Shown here piece by piece: positions 29,257 to 39,831 of a stretch of DNA of 64,000 nucleotides. A program made the position numbers and the translations under genes. Every line of letters begins with the position of its first letter. The first letter of the stretch is position 1. This DNA comes from an uncultured Peptococcaceae bacterium (GTDB taxonomy: Bacteria > Bacillota > Dehalobacteriia > UBA7702), in assembly GCA_964637365.1 (NCBI GenBank), contig CAZWWH010000003.1:13418-77417 (forward strand). The letters are read 5' to 3'. The notes below the pieces were generated by a model, which was not told where the DNA came from, searched no databases, and was given only the letters and a program-made list of their open reading frames with translations.

Positions 29257-30732
29257 TTAAGAAATAATACCAAGATCACGTTCTTCTTTTTCAATGATTT
29301 CCCGAATGGTGCCAGCGGCGTATTCAGAAAGAGGCGCGGGATTATGGGTTTCCAAAATGCGGCGGGCTTCCTCATCGCAGCGGGTCTTAATGTCCACAGA
29401 GCCCTCCAGCACCCAATTTTCCATCATGTTGCGGTCGATAAATTTGGGGGCGGACTGATAGCCTCTTGTTTTGGACACTGTGTTTGGTTCGGTAAGGTGG
29501 TTGCCGCCAGGACCAACACGGAGAACAGAGTCAACATCGAGCGTCTCGTCATTCACAGGGATGCCCTGAAGCGTGTAACGAATCATGCCGGCAAATTCGT
29601 CGTCCATGACCATCTGGCCATAGCCTAAGGTAATGCCAGATTCCAACATTCCCAGCCCGTAAATGAGATTGGCGCCTGCCAATGCTGGTAAGAGAGCTGT
29701 CAATGTTTTTTCGTGGCCCGCTTGGATATCAGGTAATTTGCTATCTGCCTATGAACCCGCTACAAAGCTGGGAATTTGGTAGAATTGGGCCATTTTGGCC
29801 ACGGCGGCGCTGATCATTCCCAGTTCGGGACAACCAACAGTAGCAATCGCACGGCGGAGATCCATAGCAGTGGTGGAACTGCCGTAGGTGCAAGGGTTAC
29901 CGGGATTTACGAGCTGAATCATTACGATGTAGGAAAGAATTTCCGCATTGTGTACAGTGAGAGTACCCGCTAAAGTAACAGGGGTGGACCCGCCGGCCAT
30001 AGCCATAGACAGAGGGTTGCAGGGAAGACCAACCGATGCGTATTCGATCAACTGTTCAGTATTTCCTTCGGGAAGAGTAAGAGGACTTACCGGGCAGCCA
30101 CCGCCGGAAATAATAGGACGGTCTTTCAATTTGTCTTTGCCTCCAACGATGGCGGCTGCCATTTCAATGGCCAATTTTGCCTGATGGGCACTATCAGCCC
30201 CCTGGCTCTGATGCTTGGTGGTATTAGAAAGAGTTGCTTCCGTATTATGAAGCATAGCAACTCTTTCGTCTTTGTCACTGGCATATAAAGTATCTTCGAT
30301 CACATCAATGTTGGGAAGAACATCGACGAGACGGGCAACATCAGCAATATCTTGTTTTACTGAAGGACGTCGTTCTCCGGTATAAGGGTCAATAACCATG
30401 ATCCCCTGACCAAAAGTGAGAAAATTGACGCGACCGCTTTCCAAAACAACATCATTTTTGGGGTCGCGGCCAGCCATAAGAACTCTGGGCGGAGCTTTCC
30501 GTACGGAATCTTCAACAAGCCATGCGGGAATTCTTACGATTTTCTTTTCATGGTCCACACGGCAGCCACCGGCTTCAAAAATCTCAATGGCCCGTTCACT
30601 CTCGCAGAAGACGCCAGTGGTTTCCAGTAACTCTAACGTCGCCAGATGGATGCGTTTACACTCTTCTTCCGAGAAAACATTGAGACTGAAGCCGGAAAAA
30701 AGGCCTCGTCCACAAGGAATATTTCTTCTCAT
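29257..30732 (-). CDS. mttB: Pyrrolysine-containing trimethylamine:corrinoid methyltransferase (in-frame TAG at 29749-29751)
   Basis: Two ORF-track pieces share one frame and are joined by one TAG: ..SFVAGS-TAG-ADSKLPDIQAGHEKTLT.., the Pyl context of MttB; 491 aa read through. Confidence 0.93.
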
Positions 30733-30783
30733 AGGTTGAACCTTCCTTTCTTTTTGCCTCTTATTTTTAGTTGAGGTTTAAAA

Positions 30784-32205
30784 TCATTGATCCTTCAGCG
30801 TTGCTTCAGCTTTGGCTGCGATTTTATCCAATTCCGAAACAAGGGCGCTGTCAAAGTCCGGTGCGGTGTGGGTGGCCAAAATATGATCCATTTTTTCCTT
30901 GGCTGCTTGGCGATGGTTTTCAAAGCCCTGAGCAAAGAGGAAGGAATTTTCCGCCTTATCCGTAAAGATATTTTCTTTGAAATTCATGAAGGTATGTTCA
31001 TGATCTAAGAAGTGACCTCTGGGCCCTTGTTCCTTAATGACATCCAAAGCCAGGGTATCATCGTTGATTTCAAAATTGCGGAAATAGGCTTTGGCGTAGC
31101 GAAGAACTTCCAAGTCCAAAACCACATCAATGATAGAACTGCTGAGGCAGCTTTCTCTAGTTCCAATCCAGCAAGCCACATCCACACGAGTCATCAGTTT
31201 CATGGCGCAGCGGAACACATTGCGTTCAAACCCTGCTTTGGTGGAAAAATCCTTGTATTCCACACTGCATCCCATAGCGGAAGGCATATTGTAAAAACGG
31301 GCCATATCGCAGTCAGCGGCGCTCAAAAGCACATATTCGCAGTTTTCGTAGTCAATGCCGCCGTCAAAGAGATTCGGAGCGCCTGCGTCGGAAGCATAGA
31401 AAACTCTGGCGTCTTCAGCAGCGCATTTTGCCACCATGTAGCAGGCCAGGTTTTCACTGTTGACCAACAATGTGGAGGCGGCGAAGGTAGCCGGGGATGT
31501 GGTGGTCATTTGAGGAAGGGACATGGGGATAATGGGAACCCCGGCCCGGGCCGATTCCACAATCGCATCGGCGATGCCATGTTCAATGGCCAAAGGAGTG
31601 GTAGGAGCAGAAAGCAGGGATAAGACAGGATTTTGTCGGAAAGCCTCGCTGCCGCCGGCAATGGCTTGGGCCATTTCGATTTGATACTTCGCCAATTTCC
31701 CCGAAGCTGAGGAGCATTGAACGTGCTTGCCAATGTTGCGAAGGGCGATTTCCGTGGCCTTGAATTCCTGCAATTCACCGGCATATTCCCCTGGCATCAT
31801 CAAAGGCCAGAAGCAGTCCATTTCTGGAGAGGCGTCGGCCAGAATAGAGAGCTGACGTAAATCCTCTTCTGTTGCATAGCGGTTTTTACCTGTCTCTTCG
31901 TCGTAAATGTAAGGGACATACCCAGCGGTGGTGCTGAAGGGATGGGTTACTGAGGGAACTTGTTTACGGTAAGCTTCGGTATAAGCGCCGATGGGAAATT
32001 CATGGACGATGAGTTTCAGGAACTCCTCCGTCATTTCCTTGGGGAAGCGAACGTTTTCACCAATGACCTTGGCGCCTCTGGCGGCCAGCATATCACGGAC
32101 TTTTTCGCTGCCGATAATGACGCCAACCTCCTCTAAAAGTTGAAGGGAGCATTGATGAATGCTTTCCTGTTCGTTTCTGTCCATCATTGATAAAATTGAG
32201 CGCAT
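30784..32205 (-). CDS. MttB-superfamily methyltransferase, non-pyrrolysine
   Basis: IH..SL.LLEEVGV, PTTPL, TSPATFA and DDTLALDVIKEQGPRGHFL..EHT; no amber codon. Confidence 0.88.
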   Translation of the reverse strand: MRSILSMMDRNEQESIHQCSLQLLEEVGVIIGSEKVRDMLAARGAKVIGENVRFPKEMTEEFLKLIVHEFPIGAYTEAYRKQVPSVTHPFSTTAGYVPYIYDEETGKNRYATEEDLRQLSILADASPEMDCFWPLMMPGEYAGELQEFKATEIALRNIGKHVQCSSASGKLAKYQIEMAQAIAGGSEAFRQNPVLSLLSAPTTPLAIEHGIADAIVESARAGVPIIPMSLPQMTTTSPATFAASTLLVNSENLACYMVAKCAAEDARVFYASDAGAPNLFDGGIDYENCEYVLLSAADCDMARFYNMPSAMGCSVEYKDFSTKAGFERNVFRCAMKLMTRVDVACWIGTRESCLSSSIIDVVLDLEVLRYAKAYFRNFEINDDTLALDVIKEQGPRGHFLDHEHTFMNFKENIFTDKAENSFLFAQGFENHRQAAKEKMDHILATHTAPDFDSALVSELDKIAAKAEATLKDQ

Positions 32206-32252
32206 AAGAAATACCTCCTGAATGATTCATTTTGTTTGTTGCCCATTCATAA

Positions 32253-32268
32253 TGCAAAGAAGGTGCCA
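32253..32268 (-). promoter_or_regulatory. Sigma54 (-24/-12) promoter
   Basis: Minus strand TGGCAC-CTTCT-TTGCA, about 50 bp upstream of the first mttB; TGATACA/TGAGACA-like repeats at 32410-32480 are candidate enhancer sites. Confidence 0.92.
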
Positions 32269-32480
32269 AAAATCTAAAAAAAATCCGTTTTTCACTGAAA
32301 ATCAATGAAAAACGAATCCTATGCTGGTTTTTATGTTAAAAAATTTTTTATTCAGGTCATTGTTTTTTTGCCCAAACATACCAAAATCAAAAAAAGACGC
32401 AAGCCAATTTGATACACTTATGATACATTATAGATTCTTAATAAATACACAATATGACAGAATGAGACAGAATGTCACAG

Positions 32481-34361
32481 TTACTCCTCCCCTAAGGAAA
32501 GCTTTCGATAAAAGGTCGCCCGAGAAACTCCCAAAGCCCTGGCGGCGGCGCTGACATTGCCGTTGGCCGCATTCAAAGCCGCCAATAAACGTTGGCGTTC
32601 CCTGGCCTGGGCGCTGTCCTTTTTCCGCTCCCGCACCTCTCGAATGGAAGTGGCTGTGATTTTTTCAGCAATGGCTCCTTGAGCGCCTTGAAGCTCTTTT
32701 GGAGACGCTGTGACCGCCTCCAAGATATATGGGGGCAGATATTGCGCCATAATATCCTTGCCGCCGGAGAAAAAGAGAATTCGTTCGGCCACATTCTGCA
32801 ACTCCCTAACATTCCCCGGCCAATCATATTGCAGCAGCGCCGCCATGGCGTCGGGCTGCAGCCGTTCCAGAAAGTTTTCCGCCGGGCTGGCTTTGGCCCA
32901 AAAGGAGCAAAACAGCGGTAAAATATCGTCCTTGCGTTCCCGCAGCGGCGGAATATGGAGATTGATCACATTCAAACGGTAATAGAGATCCTCTCGAAAG
33001 TTCTTCTCCACCACTTCATTCAGGAGATTTTTATTGGTAGCGCAGATGATGCGGACGTCCACGGGAATTTCCCGCTCACCGCCTACGCGGGTGACGCGCC
33101 GCTCCTGAATGACACGCAGCAGGGCGATTTGCTGCTCCATAGGCATATCGCCGATTTCGTCCAAAAACAGGGTGCCTCCCTCGGCCAATTCAAATTTCCC
33201 CGGCTTGCCGCCTTTTTTGGCTCCGGTAAAGGAGCCCTCCATATAGCCGAACAATTCACTGGCTACCAATTCCCTAGGGATGGCTCCGCAGTTCACCGCT
33301 ACAAAGGGGCCTTTTTTGCGATGGCTGCGATTATGAATGGATTGGGCAAACATCTCCTTTCCCGTGCCGCTTTCTCCCTCAATCAAAATATTGCAATCAC
33401 TGGAGGCCGCCTGTTTCCCTAAAAAAATCGCCTCCTGGAGCGAAGGGCTGACGGTAATGATATCTTTAAACTGAAAGCGTGCCTGGGCGCCGCTGAGACG
33501 GTTTACCATCTTATGAACCTGGGTCACGGGCTTCAACACCAAAATACACTTGGAAACCATATCCTCCTCAATTTCCAGGGGCATTCCCGAAACAATGAAG
33601 GATAGCGACTTACCATGCATTTCCAAATCGGCAAAGGGCCTTTTCTTTAAAAAGAGCCAGTTCAGGGCATTGCTCTTGCGGCCATTCAATAACCCCTGAA
33701 AATATTGGCCGATCTCCTTTTCAGCCTCACGCCAAAGCCCATCGGGACCGTAATTCAAGAATTCGCAATTCCCAGTTTTATCAATGACGATAATACCTTC
33801 GGAAATACCCGACAAAATACTTTGTAAATAGCGGTTCAAGCGTATTAACTCCGTATTGGCGCTTTTCAGCTCCTTGGTGCGCTGCTCCACTTCGTGGGTC
33901 AGAAGGTGCTCCATATCCTTAAAATGGGTGATGTCCCTGCCGATGTCCTGATATTCGATAATGACTCCGTTTTCGTCATAAAAACCGCGGCCCACACTTT
34001 CCATCCAGGCAGTTTCGCCATTTTTATTTTTGACGCGGTATTGATAGCGATAATGGGGATGCTCCGCGTCAACGGATTTCATCATTTGGTAAATTGTGGC
34101 ACGATCCTCCCTTGCCACCAGCTCCATGGTATCGGTGCCGATTAATTCCTCCTGCGTATAGCCGTAATAATCGGCCAAAGCCTTGTTGACGTAAGTCAGA
34201 TTATAATTGGGGTCCGACCGCTCCACCAGCTCTGTCATATTATCCATGATGGAGTCGTACTGGTCTTTTCGCAATTCCAACTCACGGATGGTTTGATTCT
34301 TTTGACGGATTTCCTCTTGAATTAGGCTTAAGGCAGCCGAGGGATCCGATAATTTGGTCAT
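32481..34361 (-). CDS. PAS-domain sigma54-dependent activator (Fis-type HTH)
   Basis: PAS/PAC domain, GESGTGKE, ELFGY..GSFTGA, LFLDEIG, WPGNVREL and HTH AARALGVSRATFYRKL. Confidence 0.96.
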   Translation of the reverse strand: MTKLSDPSAALSLIQEEIRQKNQTIRELELRKDQYDSIMDNMTELVERSDPNYNLTYVNKALADYYGYTQEELIGTDTMELVAREDRATIYQMMKSVDAEHPHYRYQYRVKNKNGETAWMESVGRGFYDENGVIIEYQDIGRDITHFKDMEHLLTHEVEQRTKELKSANTELIRLNRYLQSILSGISEGIIVIDKTGNCEFLNYGPDGLWREAEKEIGQYFQGLLNGRKSNALNWLFLKKRPFADLEMHGKSLSFIVSGMPLEIEEDMVSKCILVLKPVTQVHKMVNRLSGAQARFQFKDIITVSPSLQEAIFLGKQAASSDCNILIEGESGTGKEMFAQSIHNRSHRKKGPFVAVNCGAIPRELVASELFGYMEGSFTGAKKGGKPGKFELAEGGTLFLDEIGDMPMEQQIALLRVIQERRVTRVGGEREIPVDVRIICATNKNLLNEVVEKNFREDLYYRLNVINLHIPPLRERKDDILPLFCSFWAKASPAENFLERLQPDAMAALLQYDWPGNVRELQNVAERILFFSGGKDIMAQYLPPYILEAVTASPKELQGAQGAIAEKITATSIREVRERKKDSAQARERQRLLAALNAANGNVSAAARALGVSRATFYRKLSLGEE

Positions 34362-34946
34362 GGCGCTTCATCCTTCCGCTTTCAAATACTGTATCATTAT
34401 TGTATCATAAATGAAGCGATTTTGACAATCCATTTCTTTGATGAATACATTTCCTTCATTTGCCACGGCCACCAGCGCAATCATTAAAATCACCAGCAGT
34501 GAGTTGGTGACAGTTATATGAAAAACCTTAGAATTCCATAGCTCACGGTCATATGGTGGGCCCCCTAACACGATGGCAAAAATCGAAATCATATCGTTGA
34601 GAAACTTCCAAGGCCCCTTTAATTTGCTCATCCAAAGGCCGTATAGGGACGACGGCGTGGTGATGGGAAGCTGGTATCGGTAAGCCCCTCCACCCATCCC
34701 CGAAGCCCCTTTTGTACGATCATGATAAGCCCCTGCCCTTGAGCTGCGATGTACAGAAGAAGCTTCGTGAAATTGTCAACACTGCCGAAAAACATTACGA
34801 TGTAAAATTAAGTGTAGAATAAAATTTCAGAACATCTCTTCCCCATTCTGCGTATTGTCACTGATACTGGCAGCATAATAACAACCGTCCCACAACAAAA
34901 GCAGCGTTCTTTCCAACGCTGCTTTTTATGGTTTTACGGTTTTGAA

Positions 34947-35660
34947 TTAATCTAAAATCCTACCGTCGGTAGAAATTGTTTCTACTTGACAATGTAGGGC
35001 TTCGCCCTTGCCGCTGGCCTTAAGTGCATTTTTCACGGCATTTTCCAGCCCGCCGCAGCAAGGCACCTCCATACGGACAACAGTAACGCTTTTGATATCG
35101 TTATTGCGGAGGATCTCCGTAAGTTTATTGGTATAGTCAACGGAATCCAGCTTAGGGCAGCCAACCAAGGTAACGCGGTTTTTTATAAAGTGATTATGGA
35201 AATCGCCATAAGCATAGGCAGTACAGTTCGCCGCCACCAAAAGATGAGCGCCGTCAAAATAAGGGGCGTTGACTGGCACCAGCTTGATTTGTACAGGCCA
35301 TTGAGAAAGCTGGGAGGGGACTGCCTCGGTTCGGGTGCAAGGTTCCCCGAGATGTTCGATTCTTTTGGAAGCCGCGCCAGGACAACCAGAGTGTGCCAAG
35401 TGCTCAGAAAGCGTGCCGGCTTCGATTTTATGCCGTTTCACGGCTTCCTCATCATAGGCCGCAGCCTCCCGCTCCACAAAGGTAATGGCCCCGGTGGGGC
35501 AGGCGGGCAAACAGTCGCCAAGGCCGTCGCAGTAATCGTCCCGCAGCAGCTTGGCCTTACCGTTCACCATGCCAATGGCGTCTTCGTGACAAGCCTCGGC
35601 GCAAGCGCCGCAGCCGTCGCATTTTTCTTCATTAATTTCAATTACTTTTCTTATCATCAT
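34947..35660 (-). CDS. 4Fe-4S dicluster protein with a Cys-rich C-terminal domain
   Basis: CDGCGACAEAC, CDGLGDCLPACP, QWPVQIKL, GCPKLD and MEVPCC. Confidence 0.92.
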   Translation of the reverse strand: MMIRKVIEINEEKCDGCGACAEACHEDAIGMVNGKAKLLRDDYCDGLGDCLPACPTGAITFVEREAAAYDEEAVKRHKIEAGTLSEHLAHSGCPGAASKRIEHLGEPCTRTEAVPSQLSQWPVQIKLVPVNAPYFDGAHLLVAANCTAYAYGDFHNHFIKNRVTLVGCPKLDSVDYTNKLTEILRNNDIKSVTVVRMEVPCCGGLENAVKNALKASGKGEALHCQVETISTDGRILD

Positions 35661-35762
35661 AATCTCCTTTTCAAAATGAGGAATGGTTCGCTTGACTTCG
35701 TGTCATAATCATACTATATTGAAAACAAAAATTTCGTTGGAAATACAACAAAATGGAGGATC

Positions 35763-36422
35763 ATGAAAAATTACCAAAGCATTTTGACAAAGTCCACGCT
35801 GTTTCATGGCGTGGCGGAGCGAGAAATCGGGGACTTAGTGCAGTGTTTATCGCCGAGACAAAGCGATTTCCAAAAGGGAGAATACCTCTATCGCCACGGG
35901 GAAAAGCTCTCCTCCATGGGGTTGGTACTCCAAGGCAGCGTCTATATTTTAAAGGAGGATTACTGGGGAAACCGCACCATTCTCACTACGGTGCAGGAGG
36001 GTCAGCTCTTTGGCGAGGCATATGCCTGCTCGGAGACGATGGAATCCGCCGTCAGCGCCGTGGCAGCTCAGGACGGCGCAGCGCTGTTTTTCGATACCAA
36101 ACGTATTCTCACCCTTTGCCCCTCGGCCTGCTCCTTCCATGCCCAGTTGGTAAGGAACCTCATCACCGTGTTAGCGGATAAAAATATCCATTTGACGGAA
36201 AAAATCGAGCATTTGTCCCAAAGGCGACTGCGGGACAAGGTGCTGTCATATCTGATGGATATGTCGAAAAAACAGGGGAGCACCGAATTTACCATTCCCT
36301 TCAGCCGTCAGGAGCTGGCGGATTATCTGTCTGTAGACCGCAGCGCCCTCTCCAGCGAGTTGGGGAAACTCCGGGACGAAGGAATTCTGGAATTTGAACG
36401 CAAGCGCTTTCGCTTATTATAG
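35763..36422 (+). CDS. Crp/Fnr-family transcriptional regulator (HcpR-like)
   Basis: FGEAYAC and HTH SRQELADYLSVDRSALSSEL; GTTG-N6-CAAC palindrome at 35737-35750 between the divergent genes. Confidence 0.92.
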   Translation: MKNYQSILTKSTLFHGVAEREIGDLVQCLSPRQSDFQKGEYLYRHGEKLSSMGLVLQGSVYILKEDYWGNRTILTTVQEGQLFGEAYACSETMESAVSAVAAQDGAALFFDTKRILTLCPSACSFHAQLVRNLITVLADKNIHLTEKIEHLSQRRLRDKVLSYLMDMSKKQGSTEFTIPFSRQELADYLSVDRSALSSELGKLRDEGILEFERKRFRLL

Positions 36423-36508
36423 AGGGACAGTACACTGCCATACAAAAGCAAAAAACGAGGTGCGACTGAAGTCACGCCTCGTTTTTTTACAGAAGAAATC
36501 TAGATTTT

Positions 36509-38107
36509 CTATTTCAAATAATTATACATCATCTGGGCCGCCTCAGCTCTGGTAATGGCGCTTTGGGGCAGTAAGCGTTTCTGATGGTCGCCAAAGAAAA
36601 TCTCGCCAGCTGCGGCAGCCATGGCTTTTTGCGCGTATTTGCTGGTTTGCTGGAAATCGGTAAAGGTATATCCCTTATCTTTCAGCTGTTCCAAACGGGA
36701 ATCTATATCTACCAAGTCAATGGCGTCCTGGCCAATGGCAATGCGCATGATCACCAAGGCCGCGTCCTGGCGGCGAATGGGGGTATTGGGCAGGAAGCCG
36801 CCCGTGTCGTCGCCTACAAAAATTTTTGCTTTCCCACAGGCCATTACGGCTTCATAATACCAATCATCCTCATTGACGTCGGGGAAGGTGATGGCGCTGC
36901 CGTCCTTCATAACCATTTCGTCATTTTTGTAATAGTTATACAGCATTTGGGCGAATTCCGCTCTGGTGATATTGTTTTGGGGATTGAAGTTTTTGTTGTT
37001 ATCTCCTTGAAAGAGGCCGTTTTCCATGCACCAGGCTACTGCGGAATAGAACCATATATTTTGATTGGTAATATCCTTCATGTCATCAATGGTGAGCTTC
37101 TGGTCGTCAGGCAATTCGTTCAACGCTTTCTGAATATCGGCCAGCTTTTGTTTGGCTTCATCGGAAACAAGGGCTTTCTGGTCATCGGTCAAAGCGTCGT
37201 AAGCTGCTTGAGCCGCAGCAACAGCGGCTTTATCCTCTTTGGTCACGTCCTTAACTGCGGGAAGAGCGTTGATCGCATCCATTACCTTTTGAGCAGCGGC
37301 TTCATCGTCTTTGATTTTATTCAACGCTGCCTCAACGTCGGCCAGCTTTTGTTTGGCTTCATCGGAAACAAGGGCTTTCTGGTCATCAGTCAAAGCGTCG
37401 TAAGCTGCTTGAGCCGCATCGACAGCGGCTTTATCCTCTTTGGTCACGTCCTTAACTGCGGGAAGAGCGTTGATCGCATCCATTACCTTTTGAGCAGCGG
37501 CTTCATCCCTTTCTTCTTGGGAAACGCCAATATTTTTCGGCTCCTGGGTTCCATTGGTATACTGGGCAGAGCCGTCATTTTTGATGGTTTCATTCACAAA
37601 GGTGCAGTTATCAAAAACAGCGGAGCCTTCATTCACAATGGTTTCTTTGAAGCTGCAGTTTTCAAACCGCACCGTAACGCCGGCGGGAATAACCAGGGTC
37701 TCGCTAAGCATTTCAAAAGCGATGCTTTTGATGGTGATAACGTCGGTTCTCGCTGCGAAGGTCAAAGTGTCACTGCTGTCGGTACCCTTTACTGTTCTTA
37801 CGGTTTCATTATCGTCGCCCCAAAAGTTCTTGTTCCACCCCACTAAAGTGTGAATCTGGGCGGGAAGAACCGTTTGGCCGGTAAAAAGATTGCTACAGTT
37901 GATTTTTACGGCAGTGGCGTCACCAAGATGATTGGCCAAACACAGGGCAAGGTCATAGGAATTGTCCTCAATCAAATACTCTTTCTCCGTGGCGGGAATC
38001 TCGGCGGCTGAGACCTTAGCCGACGCCCCCGAAACAGGCATAAAACACATTGCTACCAAACAGGCGCAAAGGAGCCCTGAAATAAATTGTTTCCATTTGT
38101 TCATCAT
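36509..38107 (-). CDS. Secreted SLH-domain surface protein with two 67-aa helical repeats
   Basis: Signal peptide; SLH motifs ITRAEF, IRRQDA and ITRAEA. Confidence 0.9.
   Translation of the reverse strand: MMNKWKQFISGLLCACLVAMCFMPVSGASAKVSAAEIPATEKEYLIEDNSYDLALCLANHLGDATAVKINCSNLFTGQTVLPAQIHTLVGWNKNFWGDDNETVRTVKGTDSSDTLTFAARTDVITIKSIAFEMLSETLVIPAGVTVRFENCSFKETIVNEGSAVFDNCTFVNETIKNDGSAQYTNGTQEPKNIGVSQEERDEAAAQKVMDAINALPAVKDVTKEDKAAVDAAQAAYDALTDDQKALVSDEAKQKLADVEAALNKIKDDEAAAQKVMDAINALPAVKDVTKEDKAAVAAAQAAYDALTDDQKALVSDEAKQKLADIQKALNELPDDQKLTIDDMKDITNQNIWFYSAVAWCMENGLFQGDNNKNFNPQNNITRAEFAQMLYNYYKNDEMVMKDGSAITFPDVNEDDWYYEAVMACGKAKIFVGDDTGGFLPNTPIRRQDAALVIMRIAIGQDAIDLVDIDSRLEQLKDKGYTFTDFQQTSKYAQKAMAAAAGEIFFGDHQKRLLPQSAITRAEAAQMMYNYLK
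37137..37507. repeat. 201-bp intragenic tandem duplication
   Basis: Near-identical units starting at 37137 and 37338 (DEAAAQKVMDAINALP...). Confidence 0.95.
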
Positions 38108-38131
38108 GTTACCTCCTTATATTTTTTCTTA

Positions 38132-38270
38132 GTTAGCAATAGCTAACACGTGATGATAAAAAATTGCTACCAAAACTATCCTTACTGTCTTTTTCCAGGA
38201 AACGGTAGCATATCTTTAGTTAGCACTAGCTAACTAAAGATATGCTACGCCATAATTTGGATTTTGTCAA
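38132..38270 (-). promoter_or_regulatory. Promoter with two GTTAG-N6-CTAAC operators
   Basis: Boxes at 38132-38147 and 38219-38234 (the latter inside a near-perfect 32-bp palindrome); TTGACA-17-TAGCAT on the minus strand. Confidence 0.8.
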
Positions 38271-38352
38271 GCCCTATCATGTCTTAAAGTACAAAAAAAT
38301 TGTCCCGCAGGTTTCCCAGGGGACAATTTTTAAATCTTCGAGTCATTTACTG

Positions 38353-39570
38353 TTATCTCTTTGCTTCGTTCCGCTTGCTGCCCAATTCCGCCACAGCAGT
38401 GAACAATACGTCGGTGGAGGAATTCAATGCGGTTTCGCAGGAATCCTGAATGACCCCGACGATAAAGCCTACGCCAACGACCTGCATCGCCACGTCGTTG
38501 GGGATACCAAAGAGGCTGCAAGCCAAAGGAATCAGCAGCAGAGAGCCGCCGGCTACCCCCGAGGCGCCGCAGGCGCTGACAGCCGAAAGCACACAAAGAA
38601 TCACAGCGGTGACAAAGTCCACATGAATATCTAAGGTGTTGGTCGCCGCCAAGGTTAAGGTGGCGATGGTCACGGCGGCGCCGGCCATATTAATGGTAGC
38701 CCCCAAGGGAATGGAGATGGAGTAAGTATCTTTGTTCAAACCGAGTTTTTCGCAAAGGCTCATGTTTACGGGAATATTCGCCGCGGAGCTGCGGGTGAAA
38801 AAGGCGGTGAGACCGCTTTCCTTCAAGCAAGTAAAAACGAGAGGATAGGGATTTTTGCGAATTTTGATAAATGTAATCAAAGGATTGACCACCAAAGCTA
38901 CGAAGAACATGATGCCCACCAAAAGCAGAATCAGGCGGCCGTAATCCAGCAAGACCTTGAGGCCGCTGGTGGAAATGGCGGAAAATACCAGCCCCATAAC
39001 GCCAAGAGGAGCGAATTTGATGACCCAGCGCACCAGCTGGGAAATACCGTTGGCAATGTCCGTCACCATAGTTTTGGTGCTGTCGGAAGCGGCTTTTAAA
39101 GCCAAGCCCAACAAAATAGCCCAGGTGAGAATGCCGATATAGTTGGCGTCAGCCAAGGCGCTGATGGGATTGGACACCACGTTAAAGATCAGAGTTCTGA
39201 GAACCTCGGTAATGCCTTCCGGCGGTGTAACATCGCCGGCGCCGGAGGTAAGCACCAGCTCCACTTTAAAAATATAGCTGGCAATCACAGCGGAAAGCGC
39301 CGCGCACAAGGTACCAATGATGTAAAGTAAGATGATGGACTTCATATTGGTCTTTTGCCCTTTTTGATGCTGAGCAATGGCGGAAGTCACCAGGAATAAA
39401 ACGAGAATGGGCGCCACAGCCTTTAACGCGCCGACAAAAAGTTCGCCGAGAATGGAAATTCCCGACAACTGCTTCGGAAACGCCACCGCCAAAATGACGC
39501 CAACCACCAAACCGAGGATGATTTGCTTCACCAGGCTGATGCGGTTCCAGGCTTCCAAAATTTTTTTCAT
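38353..39570 (-). CDS. sstT: Serine/threonine transporter SstT
   Basis: [40 protein letters not shown] and [13 protein letters not shown]. Confidence 0.96.
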   Translation of the reverse strand: MKKILEAWNRISLVKQIILGLVVGVILAVAFPKQLSGISILGELFVGALKAVAPILVLFLVTSAIAQHQKGQKTNMKSIILLYIIGTLCAALSAVIASYIFKVELVLTSGAGDVTPPEGITEVLRTLIFNVVSNPISALADANYIGILTWAILLGLALKAASDSTKTMVTDIANGISQLVRWVIKFAPLGVMGLVFSAISTSGLKVLLDYGRLILLLVGIMFFVALVVNPLITFIKIRKNPYPLVFTCLKESGLTAFFTRSSAANIPVNMSLCEKLGLNKDTYSISIPLGATINMAGAAVTIATLTLAATNTLDIHVDFVTAVILCVLSAVSACGASGVAGGSLLLIPLACSLFGIPNDVAMQVVGVGFIVGVIQDSCETALNSSTDVLFTAVAELGSKRNEAKR

Positions 39571-39831
39571 TGTTCATTTCCCCTTTAATGATAGTTTTCC
39601 TCATCATCACCATCGGCTCCCCTTCTTAACCGATGGTATAAGTATCGAAACACACGTACCAAAACATTATACGATAACTTCGCCAAAATGTATACCCTTT
39701 TTTCAGAAAAGTCGTTTTTTCTATGAGCTTTGGGAAAAGTCCCACTGTTTGCCCGGATAAATGCCTTTCTTCAAGAAAAGGAGAAGAGAAAACATATTGA
39801 TTCAAAATAAGGGAAATTTTTGCATATTTTC

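Noticed and set aside
29650-29748. PYLIS-like hairpin after the amber codon
   Set aside because: Only a short TTGGC/GCCAA stem is visible, and such elements are not required for Pyl insertion
29257-30732. mttB as a nonsense pseudogene or two genes
   Set aside because: The single TAG lies in the conserved Pyl context and both halves are intact and in frame
34368-34800. 109-aa ORF upstream of the sigma54 activator
   Set aside because: No RBS or recognisable motif, and it overlaps the activator's likely promoter; at most a gene scrap
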